64,000 nt of DNA from positions 817,798 to 881,797 of the forward strand of contig NW_005434671.1 of assembly GCF_000315625.1 (NCBI RefSeq). Direction: 5' to 3'. The position numbers and the translations under genes were made by a program. Under the pieces are notes generated by a model, which did not search any database, had not been told where the DNA came from, and saw only the letters and a list, made by a program, of their open reading frames with translations. This DNA comes from Guillardia theta CCMP2712. Lineage: Eukaryota > Protista > Cryptophyta. Shown piece by piece: positions 63,604 through 64,000 of this stretch (its first letter is position 1; the number at the start of each line of letters is the position of its first letter).

Positions 63604-63714
63604 ATGGAAGGGAGATGGAGGCGACAAGAGGTTTGCTCATTAGAATCTTATTTCAAACATGTTGGAGGCGATTTCAGAAGCGCGATATGTACAGTGATTG
63701 AAACATGTGACTTG

Positions 63715-63873
63715 CTAACATGGCTCGTCTAAGATGGCTGCTCGGGCGTACGATCGTTGGGTGTGGAGAGCGACGGGGACCAGGGAGGGAGGAAGATGCT
63801 GGGCGTGCGTCCTGAGGTCCTCCCTCAGCCTGTCCGCGTACGCCAAGAAAGGAGCAGAATCAGGGAAAGCCGC
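63715..63873 (-). CDS. Probable terminal exon of a gene continuing beyond the window
   Basis: After a pyrimidine tract and CAG on the minus strand: AAFPDSAPFLAYADRLREDLRTHAQHLPPSLVPVALHTQRSYARAAILDEPC*. Confidence 0.4.
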   Translation of the reverse strand, partial: AAFPDSAPFLAYADRLREDLRTHAQHLPPSLVPVALHTQRSYARAAILDEPC

Positions 63874-64000
63874 CTGCGGACTGGGAATCAGAGGAGGAGC
63901 TGAAGGGAGAATGAAGGAGAATGAGAAGGAACATTGGAGCAGGAGGAGCCAAAGGAAGGACAGAGGAGGGAAGAGGAGGGGAGGAGGAAAGGAGGAGGAG

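Noticed and set aside
1-64000. tRNA, rRNA, intact transposase or reverse transcriptase genes
   Set aside because: No cloverleaf, rRNA signature, or RT/integrase/transposase motifs were recognised by eye. tRNAscan-SE and Infernal would be needed to exclude small ncRNAs.

Overview
This is a gene-dense eukaryotic nuclear segment. It has about 21 spliced protein-coding genes, many GT-AG introns of roughly 50 bp, introns inflated by CT/GA microsatellites, and one 100-N assembly gap. The intron style, bipartite plastid-targeting leaders (signal peptide + xxAF) and flagellar DRC7 suggest an alga with a complex red plastid, most likely a cryptophyte such as Guillardia or Hanusia (inference). Recognisable genes are: the 3' end of a CobW/COG0523 gene, a p25alpha-like protein, a SAPS/PP6 regulatory subunit, a tesmin/LIN54-like CXC protein, a GT61 glycosyltransferase, a DAO-family oxidoreductase, DRC7, BolA, a DnaJ-type zinc-finger protein, ZNF598/Hel2, NAXE, a PH protein, an ABHD10-like protein, RPC3, a giant USP deubiquitinase, an FKBP-TPR immunophilin, a PDZ-SPRY protein, an EVE/THYN1 protein and an EF-hand protein. 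There is also a Crinkler-like nuclease pseudogene. The most interesting signal is that three unrelated signal-peptide proteins carry a ubiquitin-C-terminus-like (L/M)RGG motif. In two of them it sits at the leader/mature-domain boundary, including a signal-peptide-bearing ZNF598 ribosome-collision ligase; the third is a 127-aa protein with almost nothing after LRLRGG. This suggests a di-glycine cleavage code for periplastid import. Also notable are a plastid-leader ABHD10 lacking its catalytic serine, a NAXE with a spliced C-terminal SKL, a plastid-leader EVE protein with Lys-rich repeats, and recurring intergenic motifs (GGGGTA clusters; GC islands sharing ACTTTGAGTAAAG and a TTCCGAgtTCGGAA palindrome). 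Exon boundaries were read by eye and all family calls are motif recognition, not database hits.
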